Positions 1-11,388 of a stretch of 64,000 nt of DNA are shown one piece after another. Each line of letters opens with the position of its first letter. Within the stretch, counting starts at the first letter, position 1. Both the position numbers and the translations under genes were made by a program. The stretch comes from Podarcis vaucheri (Eukaryota). The stretch lies in the NCBI GenBank assembly GCA_965113315.1, contig OZ220366.1. One strand, 5' to 3'. The notes below the pieces were generated by a model. The model was not told the origin of the DNA. It made no database searches and was given only the letters and a program-made list of their open reading frames with translations.

Positions 1-1844
1 GCCAAGAACTGGACGTCGGGTTCAGGAAACAATGCAAGTCAACGGACTTTTGTAGCAACATTTCAGTTGATTTCTTATATCTTTTATGTCAAAAAATCCA
101 ACCGTTTTGTGGTCACAGGAAGCTGCTGTTTCCATGTGTTGCATTTCCCTATCTTGAGCAACAGGTAAATGAGACTCAGGGCATTCTAACTGGCAACATC
201 CTTTATCTGGCAATGTTTCTTTTCTTTTTTACCTGCAACTTTCTCATGCAAGGAGGAACACAACTTTAGCAAATTCATTGGCCTAGGTATCCCCCTCATA
301 TATGCTCATTTTTAAAGGCAATGATTCCACAAAATTCCACACTCACTGTGAAATGGATGGGAAAACCCCCTTTGTGATTCGTTCAAAGATGATGTATTGA
401 TATGTCACTGAATATTTATTCCTGTCATTGTTTCACGGTTCATATTGCTTTTGTGGTAATGACTTGTTTTGATAGGAGGTATGGTCCATATACAGGAAGG
501 AGAGGGATGAGGAAGCAGTATCAGTGGATTCTATTTCAGACCTGTTCAAAACTTCTTAAAATCTGAAATGCAGATGTGCTCCTTCTGGTCCTCAGGACAA
601 TGGGAAGATGTCCTTTTCTCAGACTATGACCAAGTGTGTATGCTAACTTCATTATCTCCTCCCAAATGAGAAAAAGCAGCTTCTACCTACTTAGTGCATT
701 AATATCCAATTTCTGAGCAATTGAGTTGCACATATGCCAAGTGCATAACAAACTTCCCTGTTGTATTCTGAACGTGAGCATCTCAGTCAGAGAGAATGGA
801 ACCAACTGATATGTCAAGAAGGAGGTTTCATTTTTGAGCTCCATTTCTGCTCTTTTCCTTTTTGTGATGGTGTCAGGAGGGTAACTGATATCCATTGAGT
901 CTCCATCAACTCTCATGATTTATTTATCTATTTCATTAATTTGTATACCGCCCATCATCCGAAGTTTGCAGGCCGGTTCACTGCATAAAAATACAAAATG
1001 GGAACACAAAATACAGCACGAAACAAAAACAAACCATTAGCACACACACCCCCTTACTGGGATGTAGAAGGATGTAGAATTTTCTTCAGGAAAGGCCTGG
1101 TTATGGAGAAAGCTTTTTGCCTGGCCCCTAAAGATATATAAGGAAGGCACCAGGTGAGCCTCCATGGGGAGAGCATTGCACAGACAGGGAGCCACAGCAG
1201 AAAAGGCTTATTGTCATATTGCCGCTCTCCAGACCTCTTGTGGAGGGGACACACGAAGAAGGGCCTCCCATGATTATCATAAGTACCAGTGACAGCACTC
1301 GGCTCCCACTCCTCTTGTCCTGGAGCCTCAAAGCAGTTCTGGGCCAGAAACATAGTAGGTCATGCCATGGATCATGACACATGGTCTTCTCAGTTGTGCT
1401 GCCCCAACTCCAGGGCCGGATTAATACCTTCGAGACCTGAAGCACTTAAAAGATTTTGGTTTGCCCCTATATATCTCATTCAAAAGATAACCAATAATAA
1501 ACCGTAAAATAAAACTTTATTTTTCAAAACGAAAGAGAATCTACAGCAAGATGGAAAACAATGTTTATTTTTCTATACTTGTTTAAATAATGTTGGGGGC
1601 TTTTTTTGTTCAGCTGCACCATATTGTCCATGGTAAATCTGGCAATGGAAAATTTCTGTGGTGCACCCCTTCCCTTATTCCATAAGCACATGCTTATTTT
1701 GCTTATTGGATATTCCCCTAATGCTGAGAGTGATGTATCTCCAGGCCTCCCTATTCACCATCCCATGGGCTCAGAGAAGGATTTCTGCAAATGCTGGAAC
1801 ACTTTTGTTAAATACTGGCTTTCTGTTTTTATATTACTACTACT

Positions 1845-1873
1845 ACTACTACATACATACAAACATACATACA

Positions 1874-1907
<34 letters not shown>

Positions 1908-2313
1908 CATACCCCGCCCATCTGGCTGAGTTCCCCCTGCCAATCTGGGCAGCTCCCAACAGAATATTAGAACAGAATAAAATATCAAACTTCCCTAAAC
2001 AGGGCTGCCTTCAGATGTCTTCTAAAAGTCAGGTAGTTGTTTATTTCCTTGACATCTGATGGGATTCCACAGGGCGGGCGCCACCACTGAGAATGCTTTC
2101 CGCCTGGTTCCCTGTAACCTCACATTTCATAGTGAGGGAACCGCCAGAAGGCGCTGGACCTCAGTGTCCAGGCTAAACCATGGGGGTGGAGACGCTCCTT
2201 CAGTTATACTGGGCCCAGGCCATTTAGGACTTTAAAGAGCAGCACCAGCACTTTGAATTGCGCTCAGAAGCATGCTGGGAGCCAATGTAGGTCTTTCAGG
2301 ACTGGTGTTATAT
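1845..2313 (-). mobile_element. L2 LINE 3' fragment with (TACA)n tail
   Basis: Similar to 61120-61610 and to the reverse complement of 39290-39858. Confidence 0.7.
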
Positions 2314-3317
2314 CAGGGGTGTCAAACTCAAATTCATCGGGGGGCCGCATCATCAGTTTGGTCACCCTCAAAGGGCCGGTTCGAGTTCGAGTGTCTTCAA
2401 AGCCCATGACACCTTTAACAGCTGGATTAAGTAATGCAGAGCTTCTGGCTCATGGAACACTACACCTTGATTTCATTTGAATACATATATGAATATAAAA
2501 ATTGTTTCCTGTTTGGCTTGGTGTTTAAGTTACACAAAATGTGCAGGTTTTAATTTTTCTCATTCCCCAAATTTTAATCGAGCATTTGTTTGGATTTTCC
2601 CCCCTTTGCTACCTACCCTAAACCTTTGAGGAGGGCGGGAACTGATGGCCGGACCCTGTAATAACATTGAGGGGAAAATTGCATGATGTGTAAATACCCT
2701 AAAAAATAAACCAATTCCTTATCAGCTTTTTTCCATATATAAATTTTTGCAATGCGCACCCTGCGGAAGCCGCGCCTGACGTTATTTACAAAATATGCAC
2801 TTGCGTATCGAATTTGCTTTTGAATCGCGAATCCCCAGAGGCAGAGGATGCTGTTCATTGGGCAGCGCGGAAATGCACCTAAAGAAATAAAGAAAAGCAA
2901 AGCAAAAGCACGCCGCCCCGAGTATTCACAGGGCACGCTCCCGAAACACAAGCGCGCTCTCGGTCTCCCTCTCTCCAACGCGCGCGAAGCCGGCTCTGCC
3001 CTTCTCTGCGTTCCACCTCGCGCAGGCGCGCTGGGCTCCCGCCGGGACTTATTTCACCCAGGCGAGCCCGAAAAGAAGTTGAGAGCAGCAGCAGCGGCCT
3101 CCCATATCCAACCCCGCCCTCGCCGTGTCAAATAAGTTTCGGCTACGTAGCTGGAGGAGGGGGAGGCCTGTGCAGAAGGGACCCGAGGCGCCCTGTGCGC
3201 GCGCCGTAGCCCAAGCTTCCCTCACAGATATACGGTATATAGACCAGACTACACGGGCCACAAGATGAGGTCTGGCGGGCCGGATTTGGCCCGCGGGCCT
3301 TGTGTTTGACACCCGTG
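2314..3317. mobile_element. Non-autonomous hAT element nested in an L2 fragment
   Basis: TIRs CAGGGGTGTCAAAC / GTTTGACACCCGTG; 8-bp TSD TGTTATAT at 2306-2313 and 3318-3325. Confidence 0.85.
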
Positions 3318-3532
3318 TGTTATATGGTCTTGGCTGAAGCATTCTTCTTCCTGTGTTCTTTGCTCTCCTCATGGAATCCTCCAACTTCTTACACTTTCCT
3401 CCTCATATTTCTGTGCTACACTCTTAGATCACTAGTCAATTTAAGCTGGGGAATACCAAGTATGGTTTCTCTCCCTTTCTACCTGTTTAGCTTATTGCAT
3501 TGAAATGACCATACAGGGAGCTAGTTCTGGAA

Positions 3533-3861
3533 TTATAGAATCATAGAGTTGGAAGGGACCCTGAGGTTCATCTAGTCCAATCCCCGGCAATGCTGGAATC
3601 TAAAGCATCCATGACAGATGGCCATTCAATCTCTGCTTAAAAACCTCCAAGGAAGGAGAGTTCACAATCTTCCAAGAAGTCTTCTTCACTGTCAACAACT
3701 CTTTCCATCAGAAAGTTATTCCAGATGTTGAGTTGGAATCTCCTTTCTTGCAACTTGGATCCATTGGTTCGGTTTCTACCCTCTGGAGCAGGAGAAACAA
3801 ACTTGCTCCATCTTCCATGTGACAGCCCTTGAGATATTTGAAGATGGCTATCATATCTCCT
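3533..3861 (-). mobile_element. CR1 LINE 3' fragment
   Basis: ATCATAGA tail motif; similar to 30647-31000; [16 protein letters not shown] remnant. Confidence 0.8.
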
Positions 3862-6633
3862 GGGATCCTGCAAGTTTAAGCCTTTTTAACCTGTGTGTGA
3901 ATATGTGTAGCTCCTGAAATATAGAAACATATCCATGTGCTGGAACATGCTGTGCTGGAACATGCTGTGGAATATGTTCCCTGTGGAATAATATGTGAAC
4001 CACTCGCCAAGAGCTATGCATTCTGCCGGCATCTGGCCCGCTGTTCTCTCTTTCTGGCCCACTGAAATCTCCACTGTGCAGAACCATCTAGATGGGATCA
4101 TATTGAGGAAGGACCTCACAGTTAAGCCAGATAGGTCTATCAGTTCTCTTCCATTGCAATATGCAAGCTGAAAAACAACAGTCCTTTGGAATTCACACTT
4201 CTCTGAATTTCGCAGTGCAATTCTTCAGATAAGTAATGCATACAAAAGTACATATACTAGTGTATAGTGTACATAATAAAGAGTGCTTATATTGATGAAA
4301 ATAATATTAAAAATGTATTTCATTGGGTGAAATGGTCTTGCAAAAATGTGTACATCAGGCAAAATTACATTAAAATGTGTATATTGGCAGCACTAATCAG
4401 TCACACTAAAATGCTGATTCAAAAGGACTTTTTAAAATAAATGCACAGTGATGTGGAAAGATAATCTGAATTTGAGAGATTTGGTCATCCCTAGCAATCT
4501 GCCACCTTCGTGAGGATGTGTGTGGAAGTGACTCTTCTGCATGCTCAGGGTGTCGTATTACCAAAGTTCACCTTGCCCTCATTAAGAGAGTGCAGGCCAG
4601 GAGATGAGATTTACAGGTTCCCAAGATGCACATGCAATAGAAGCAAAGAAAGTAAAAATATACTGATATGCATTTCTGGTTTCCTTCCTGCTGTAATATA
4701 GATATCAGTTCTCTGTGCATTAGTTTAGGCTGTTGTGGGGGGGGGATTAATGGTGTGATCACTTAAAGTATATTTCCCCCCCACTAGGGAGTGCACACCG
4801 TATATTTGTGAGTGATCCTTTGCTAAACTCTAATAGCAAATGCAAGTTGAGAATACCAGCAAATGGTTACTAAAACAGGGTAATAGGGAAATGTGAAGGA
4901 GTCATTAGCATGTTCAGAGATCACTAGAATTACAGATTGTTTTCTAAAAACCTGTTGGGGATTATTCATAACAGTAGGAGAATGTGCAATATTTAGTTGA
5001 TATATACACATTACCCAAGTCTTGTGGGAGATTAGGTATATTGACCTCTTCCTGAAAGGATTATGTGCATGTTTTCCACGAGGCCTGCTTAATGTGCACA
5101 GCTGTGAGTCGTGATGCACAGTAACCTCTCAACGTCCATTTTTCGTATGATAGATAGCCCAAACAGCCCCAGAATGTTCCCTATAGCCATGGTACATACA
5201 GTTCAGTTTCAGTCGGGAAATAAAAACAGAAAACTGGGGGGGGGGGCAGTGGTACGTCCTGGTTGGAGAGGATAGCTGGCTGGAACCCTGAACAACAGTG
5301 CTTCTGTTAGAAGGTGAGGATATGCTGTAGCATCTTGTTGTAGGTCCTATTGTCCTATCTTGGGGAGTGGGCTCTTAAGTTAAAATATTTCTGAAATTGT
5401 TTGACAGCCCTGCCCAATGGTATGAGAGGTCCATTCAAACGTTTGCATGTGGCGGCATTGCGGGACAGAGGATGCTTCAGTGGGGCCCCAATGGGGGAAT
5501 TCAAACTGTCTGGGCCCTTCCTGGTGGGCAGAGAGGGCATAAGCCTGCTCCCTGCTCCAGCAATAGGGGATGCAAGCTGGGACTTGGGCTGTGTGGAGGG
5601 CAAAGCCAATGGAGCCGATGGTGGGTTTTCCTCAGATTGCCCATTTAAACAGCCAGCCCCCTGCCCCCTGGTATGAGAATAGGGTAGTGAATGGATGATG
5701 CTTTGTGTCTGAAATCATCCCTGCAAAGCTGCATTAGCCACAGGGAGAGATGAGCAGGTACCATACTGGATAAAGGACTGGATCTGTAGCTGATGCAAAC
5801 CATTTCAATCTCACACTGACACGTCTTGATGGACACTCTCACACTCGAGAAAGAATGGTGGAATTGTGTCTCTTTGCATTTCACAGTGAATGGATTAGAT
5901 GATGCTCTGAGTCTGAATGATTGTCATAACTTGGAATGGACTGATTTCCCATAGTTCCACCACAGCTCCCCCTGCCTCCTTTGCCTCTCCACATCATGTG
6001 GTGTGGCCCAACAGCTTTAAGTCACCTGAAGCCATTTGTCGCACAGGCACCTTTCTGCAGTGCACCTCTCCTTTGAGTTAAAGGTTGATGGATGGATGTC
6101 CACTGTTGGATAGAGAGCTATTAAACACCAGCTGATTCTACGAGTGTGGCCATAAATAATCTCAAGCTCTAGACTGTATTCTTGTAAAATATAGCACTAG
6201 ATAACTAGCCTGCTTGGAAAATAGACTTGTGTCACTTTGCACGGCTGTGAGATAAGAGCTTAAAGGTGAAAAAAAGAGAAACACATCATTTTTTTTTGCA
6301 ATGCTTTAATATGCTGAATGCGCAAGTATGTTTCATAAAGATAATGCAAATGGGGAAATAAAATGCATTTCAACATTCTCAAGAGTAATAGCCAAGGTTG
6401 GCAAAAAAAATACTATGGATCTGAGACTAATTAGCTACATTTATAGCTTTGGGAGGAGATGATTTGCAGTTGTTGTTTGCAGACTGACCTCCCTGGCAAG
6501 GAAAGAAGCAGGAAATCGGGGTAGAGAGCAGGAAATGTGGAAAGCTACAGCTAAGCTAGCATTTTTCTTATTCTGTTTTTGTCTTGGAGGGATGCCGTTG
6601 TTGGAGGTTCCTGGTCTGTGACTTCATTTCGTT

Positions 6634-8814
6634 CTAATTTGCTGAAATGAAAAGAAGAGAAATCTGCTTTATAGGTTGAACATTCCTGTTTCAACTGCCT
6701 GGAAGCTGAATAGGGCTTGGGAGGAATTTCATTGGTTATGGATAAGTTGGGGGTTATCCTTGGTCTTGTCTGGATGGCTTCCTACTTGGGTTGTCAACTA
6801 AGGGATGTAGACACAAACAATGACATTGCATCCTTTTTTGTCACCTGGGGCGCATCTGCGTGTGCACCAGGGAGGACCAGGGGTTGGGCGTGGAGGGTGA
6901 ACATCATCATTCCACAGCATTGAGGGGAGGAGTGAGAAAGATACTGGTGTGTTTACATAGTAGTGGTTTCCACAAAGAATGGTTAAGAATATTCTAAGAA
7001 AATTATGCAAGACTGACTTTTTATAGTGGAGGGGATGAAAAAGGAAGAACCTCAGAAAAATATTTACTGTGAATTTTCTGCTTAGCTTTACATTATTCAC
7101 ACACACTGGTACCTCCTGGCATTTTCTTTTTCTACTGCAACATCACTGAATGGAAGGGAGTAAAAAAATTATGTTTCAAAGTGGGGGAGGGGCCACACAT
7201 GAGAATATTTTACTCAAATGTGCTACTCACCGTGGAAACACCATATCGTGTTCCTGATAGAATTGTTGAAACAGCACCCTCTTCTTAAACATTTAAATCT
7301 AGGTATTCCAGAGTATCCACATTCTCTTCTCCGGTTAGGCGGTACATTGCAGTTGCCTATTCAATAAGTAAAGTTGAGAGTTCTTTATTCATTGAAGAAT
7401 AGTTTGATTTAGCTTCAAGTCAACATTAGCCATGAAGATTTCCAAGCAAAAGAGAAATTGGATGCAGCCTGATCACCAAAGTCCTTCAAAATTCCAAATG
7501 TAAAACTATGTTCTGTTTGTAGGTACACATGGAAAATAAGTATGCTCAGTGGTAACCTTTAGATTCAAAGAGTGAAGTCAATGACACACAGAGAGAAACC
7601 TCAGCTCTGCCATTAGCTTTAGTCTATTGGTTGCCCAAGAGCCATAGGGGAGATACTCCCAAGGGTGATTTTTCAAGACAGCAGGAAGCTGGAGGTCCTC
7701 AGATCTTAAGAACTTGGAGCTGTGTGATGCCTGAACTGTTCTGAGCAGAGACAGAGAACCTCTCATATTCTTTCAGGCCTTCCTATTCACCTGAGACTTT
7801 CAATTTCTGAGGTCTTATGCATTGTTTCTGGCACAACGAAATCTCCAGAATGCAGAACAATCTACACTGGGTCATATAGGGAAAGAAGAGCCCACTTATA
7901 GGGATGTGATTGTATTCTATGACTGACAACTTCCAAAAGAGGAGCCAATGCTTAGTTTGTCACCAGAAAAGCAACAAATAGATCTGTGACATGTAAAGAC
8001 TAATACATTTACTGCAGCATCAGCTTTTCTGAATTACAAAAGCTGATGTTACAATAAATACCTTCAGGGGCAAAGTTCTCTTCTGATCACTTGGCTTATC
8101 AGCCATGACTCTTATAACCTTTTGTATGGGGGCAAATGAGTAGCTATACAGAGGTGGGGAACCCCCGGTCCATGGGCCAATGAGTCCCACCAGGTGTTCC
8201 CATTTGACCCATGAGGCTATGTGGGTGAAGCTACACCCACCTGCACTTCTCCTTATCATTATCACATCACCTGATGAGGAGGGGGGAGATAACAATCTGA
8301 CTTGCTGATCTAGAAGGGTCTGTAGCCCAAAGGAACTTGCAGAGTATGACCCATTGACATCAGCTAATTGTACTTTTAAGTAGACATGCATCGGATTGTG
8401 CTGGAAGACGGTAATGGAATGGATCCCCTAGGAATCATCCACCAACACAATTCAGGCCACCTCCCTTTTGGCCACCTGCCTTTGGAGGCTGTTGAAATCA
8501 GTGGTCAGTAACTAGGTTGTCCAGGGAGCCAAACACTGGTAACTTCCCACTGCTGCTACCCTGCTTTTTATGCACTGTAAAAAAATATGCCATCCAATCA
8601 TGTTTTTCCAAATTTATGGCATTGTTCTCCCTCCACATCTGTAGAATAGACTAGTATTAGCTATTAAATAGTTTTCAAAAAAAGTGAAAGTAATTTAAAT
8701 TGCTGGCTTACGTCTTTGTCCTTTGCCACCTTCGCCACCTCCCTGGCCATTTGCGAAACTGGCGAATCCTAAAACCAGGACAATGGCCAGGAGCCAGAGC
8801 AACTTGAAGTTCAT
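6634..8814 (-). CDS. Cationic single-domain trefoil peptide, copy 1 (78 aa precursor, 3 exons)
   Basis: Exons 8814-8712, 7356-7231 and 6641-6634, all GT-AG phase 1, 237 nt. Protein MNFKLLWLLAIVLVLGFASFANG|QGGGEGGKGQRRNCNVPPNRRRECGYSGIPRFKCLRRGCCFNNSIRNTIWCFHAN*. Signal peptide plus six-Cys trefoil motif. The 8-nt last coding exon is inferred from a strong acceptor shared by both copies and ATTAAA at 6305-6310. Confidence 0.88.
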
Positions 8815-8984
8815 TTTTTTCTGAAATGTTCTCCAAATCTTCAAACCTGTTGAAAGGTTCCGTATCAAAATTGTGATCTAGTAGAGGTTTAATCTACTTC
8901 CTTTTCAATGAAAAAATACATAACAAATGGAGGTTTTCAGACTGGGTTGGCAAATCATGAGTTCAGAATAGGTGACACTTAACA

Positions 8985-8990
8985 TTTATA
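8985..8990 (-). promoter_or_regulatory. Candidate TATA box of trefoil copy 1
   Basis: TATAAA ~170 nt upstream of the ATG, conserved in copy 2 at 24172-24177. Confidence 0.5.
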
Positions 8991-10343
8991 TTATAACACT
9001 TTCTAGCGTCCAAAGCGCTTCGCATGCATTCTGTAGCTGTTATCATGGCATCAATCCTCTAAAGCAAACTATTATCTCTGACATTGCAGGGAAAACAGGT
9101 GGAAGGAGAAGGAAACAGGTAGAAATCCAAGATAAATGTTTCTGAAAGGGAAGATCAACCGCAATATTAAAATTTATCAATAGGCACAAAAATTAAGTGG
9201 TTGTATCTTATCTGCACAGATAAGTGTGACATATTTAGGAAGCTCCTTGCTTGATTCAAGACAGTTGAGATCTGAGGAAACCTGGTTGTACCAGGCTCTT
9301 TCTGCAGACCAAAGTTCAACTTAAAACTGGCTCATGGAAATCAAAATATTTCAACAACATTCATGTGCATATGTGTACACACAGACACCACTTAGAGATG
9401 GATGAATGTGGACTTCCGGTTCGGCGCCAGCGCTAATGGCTGCTCTCTCTCCGAGCTCCGGAGAGAGGACGGCTCTGCGAGTTCGGGTCTGACCCGCTTC
9501 GGCAAGCGGGGGACCCCTAAAATCACAGGAACGGATCCTGTGAACAAGGAGATTCGGTGGGCACCCGAAGCGCCCCCTCTTTACCGCAGAAAGAGCCTTT
9601 TTAAAGGCTCCGGAACGACAACGGGGGAGCGCGGTGCTGAGAATCGCTACCCAGCCCGCAGAGTGAAGCCGCGTCGCCATTAGTGGAGAGCGCCGATTCC
9701 CTTCCTGAAAAATCTGGACAAAAAAGACCCGTGAGTAAGACTGAACCTCTATTCGAATTAAAACTACCTGAAATTAGGCTGAAAACGGGAAAGGCAAAAA
9801 TTAAGGAAGTCTGCCTTCCCCCGACTGCATGATAATTAAAGCAACGAAAGTTACTAAGCTGCATCCGTAAGGGAAAATCGTTTTTAAATGCTTGAATCCG
9901 ACATTTGGACTTTGACTATCCCCTCCAGCTTGCAGGGCAGAGGGGAGGAAAAAGTGACTTTACAAGCTGCATGACTAATTTAAAGGAAAAGGAAACCTTC
10001 TGCAGCCTCCAACCTGGTACGAACTGCTCATAAAACAAAAGGAACACTGAACTGACTTCAGATTCCTGTGAAAGCAACAAAGTGGAAGCTTTACTGTTTA
10101 TTTGTTACAAAGTTTTGGGACTTTGTGGATACATTATATCAGGGAAGGCTGGGACTCTATTTACTAGGAAAGTGTTGCATTATACTTATAGAAGCCTCCT
10201 GATAAATTTGCTTTTTAACACTCTTTATTTCGGTTTGCGGACATTCTGATTTGCTCCCTCTAGAGGGTAAACTAAAAGTTGCTACGCTTTGGGACAGTGG
10301 AATTTTCTTAGGAGAAGGCTCTTGTGGGAAACGACCTTGGGAT

Positions 10344-11384
10344 ATGAGTGGCCCAGCAGACGAGATAAGCACGAGAGCCAAGACAAGGCAATATCAACAA
10401 CAGCTGCAGCAACACAAGAAAAGAGGCTCGATCTCAGGAATAACTTCTACAGTGACAACAGGACAAGAAAGAGGCACAGCAGTCTCCATGGATGCAGTAT
10501 CGCAAGCCCTTCTTAAGATAAATCAATCCCTGGAGAATTTAACAAAGCAAACGGCAGAGAACACTAAGAAATTGACAGAGAACTCACAGAAATTGACAGA
10601 TTTGACAGCAAGACTTGATTTGAATACAGAATCTATAAATAAGCTTACGCAAGAGAACTCTGCCACACGTCAAATTGCGGAGGAAGCCAGAACTATTGCT
10701 GGAGAGACTCAGGAAAAATTAGAACCGATTGCCAGGAAGGTCTATGACCACGATGCAACTCTGGCACTGTGGGAACTACAAAGAAAAGAAAAGAATCTGA
10801 AATTACGATCAATTCCAGAGGACGAAGGAGACAACCTCACGGACTTTTTAACGAACGAGTTTGCTGATGCTTGGGAAGACTTAGAGGAAGACGAAATCAA
10901 AATCACAACGGCATTCAGACTGGGCAGAAGACAGAATAGAAAGGTACCGAGAGACTGCTTGATCACCTTGAGATCGAAGGAGGAAAGAGACAAAATATTA
11001 AGACTGCATTTTGAAAAGGCCTTACAAATTGGGAATTCACCGATACAGATCTTTAAAGATATCCCTAAACATATTCTGGACTTGAGAGCTTCTTATAAGG
11101 ACCTGGTTTACCTGCTCAAGAAGAACAACATTCGTTTTAGGTGGGAATTTCCACAGGGACTGTCCTTTGACTATAGAGGGAAGAAGGTGAAAATAAAGAC
11201 GACACAGGATAAAGACAGCTTCCTGCATAAAAATCAAGAAGATCTACAGAAAGGAACTGTAGACCCAATTGCTGAGCAAAGGAGTGTATTAGATATCTTG
11301 AACCTCTCATTTGGACAGAACCTTCCACCACCAACAGAGGAGGAACAACAATTGGGAGCAGTGGGAGGAATACCAGAAAAATAA
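10344..11384 (+). CDS. L1 ORF1p (coiled coil plus RRM/CTD nucleic-acid chaperone)
   Basis: First in-frame ATG at 10344 within the 10251-11384 ORF; heptad-rich segment followed by KNLKLRSIPE, IFKDIP and FRWEFP motifs resembling L1 ORF1. Confidence 0.88.
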   Translation: MSGPADEISTRAKTRQYQQQLQQHKKRGSISGITSTVTTGQERGTAVSMDAVSQALLKINQSLENLTKQTAENTKKLTENSQKLTDLTARLDLNTESINKLTQENSATRQIAEEARTIAGETQEKLEPIARKVYDHDATLALWELQRKEKNLKLRSIPEDEGDNLTDFLTNEFADAWEDLEEDEIKITTAFRLGRRQNRKVPRDCLITLRSKEERDKILRLHFEKALQIGNSPIQIFKDIPKHILDLRASYKDLVYLLKKNNIRFRWEFPQGLSFDYRGKKVKIKTTQDKDSFLHKNQEDLQKGTVDPIAEQRSVLDILNLSFGQNLPPPTEEEQQLGAVGGIPEK

Positions 11385-11388
11385 CAAG

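Noticed and set aside
6717-6923. Hydrophobic ORF repeated at 20819-21001
   Set aside because: Starts at TTG, is antisense within intron 2, and frameshifts between copies; the identity is explained by the near-identical tract.
9351-9680. 109-aa antisense ORF in the L1 5' UTR, reminiscent of primate ORF0
   Set aside because: GC-rich sequence yields such ORFs by chance, its stop lies outside the element, and no motif is recognisable.
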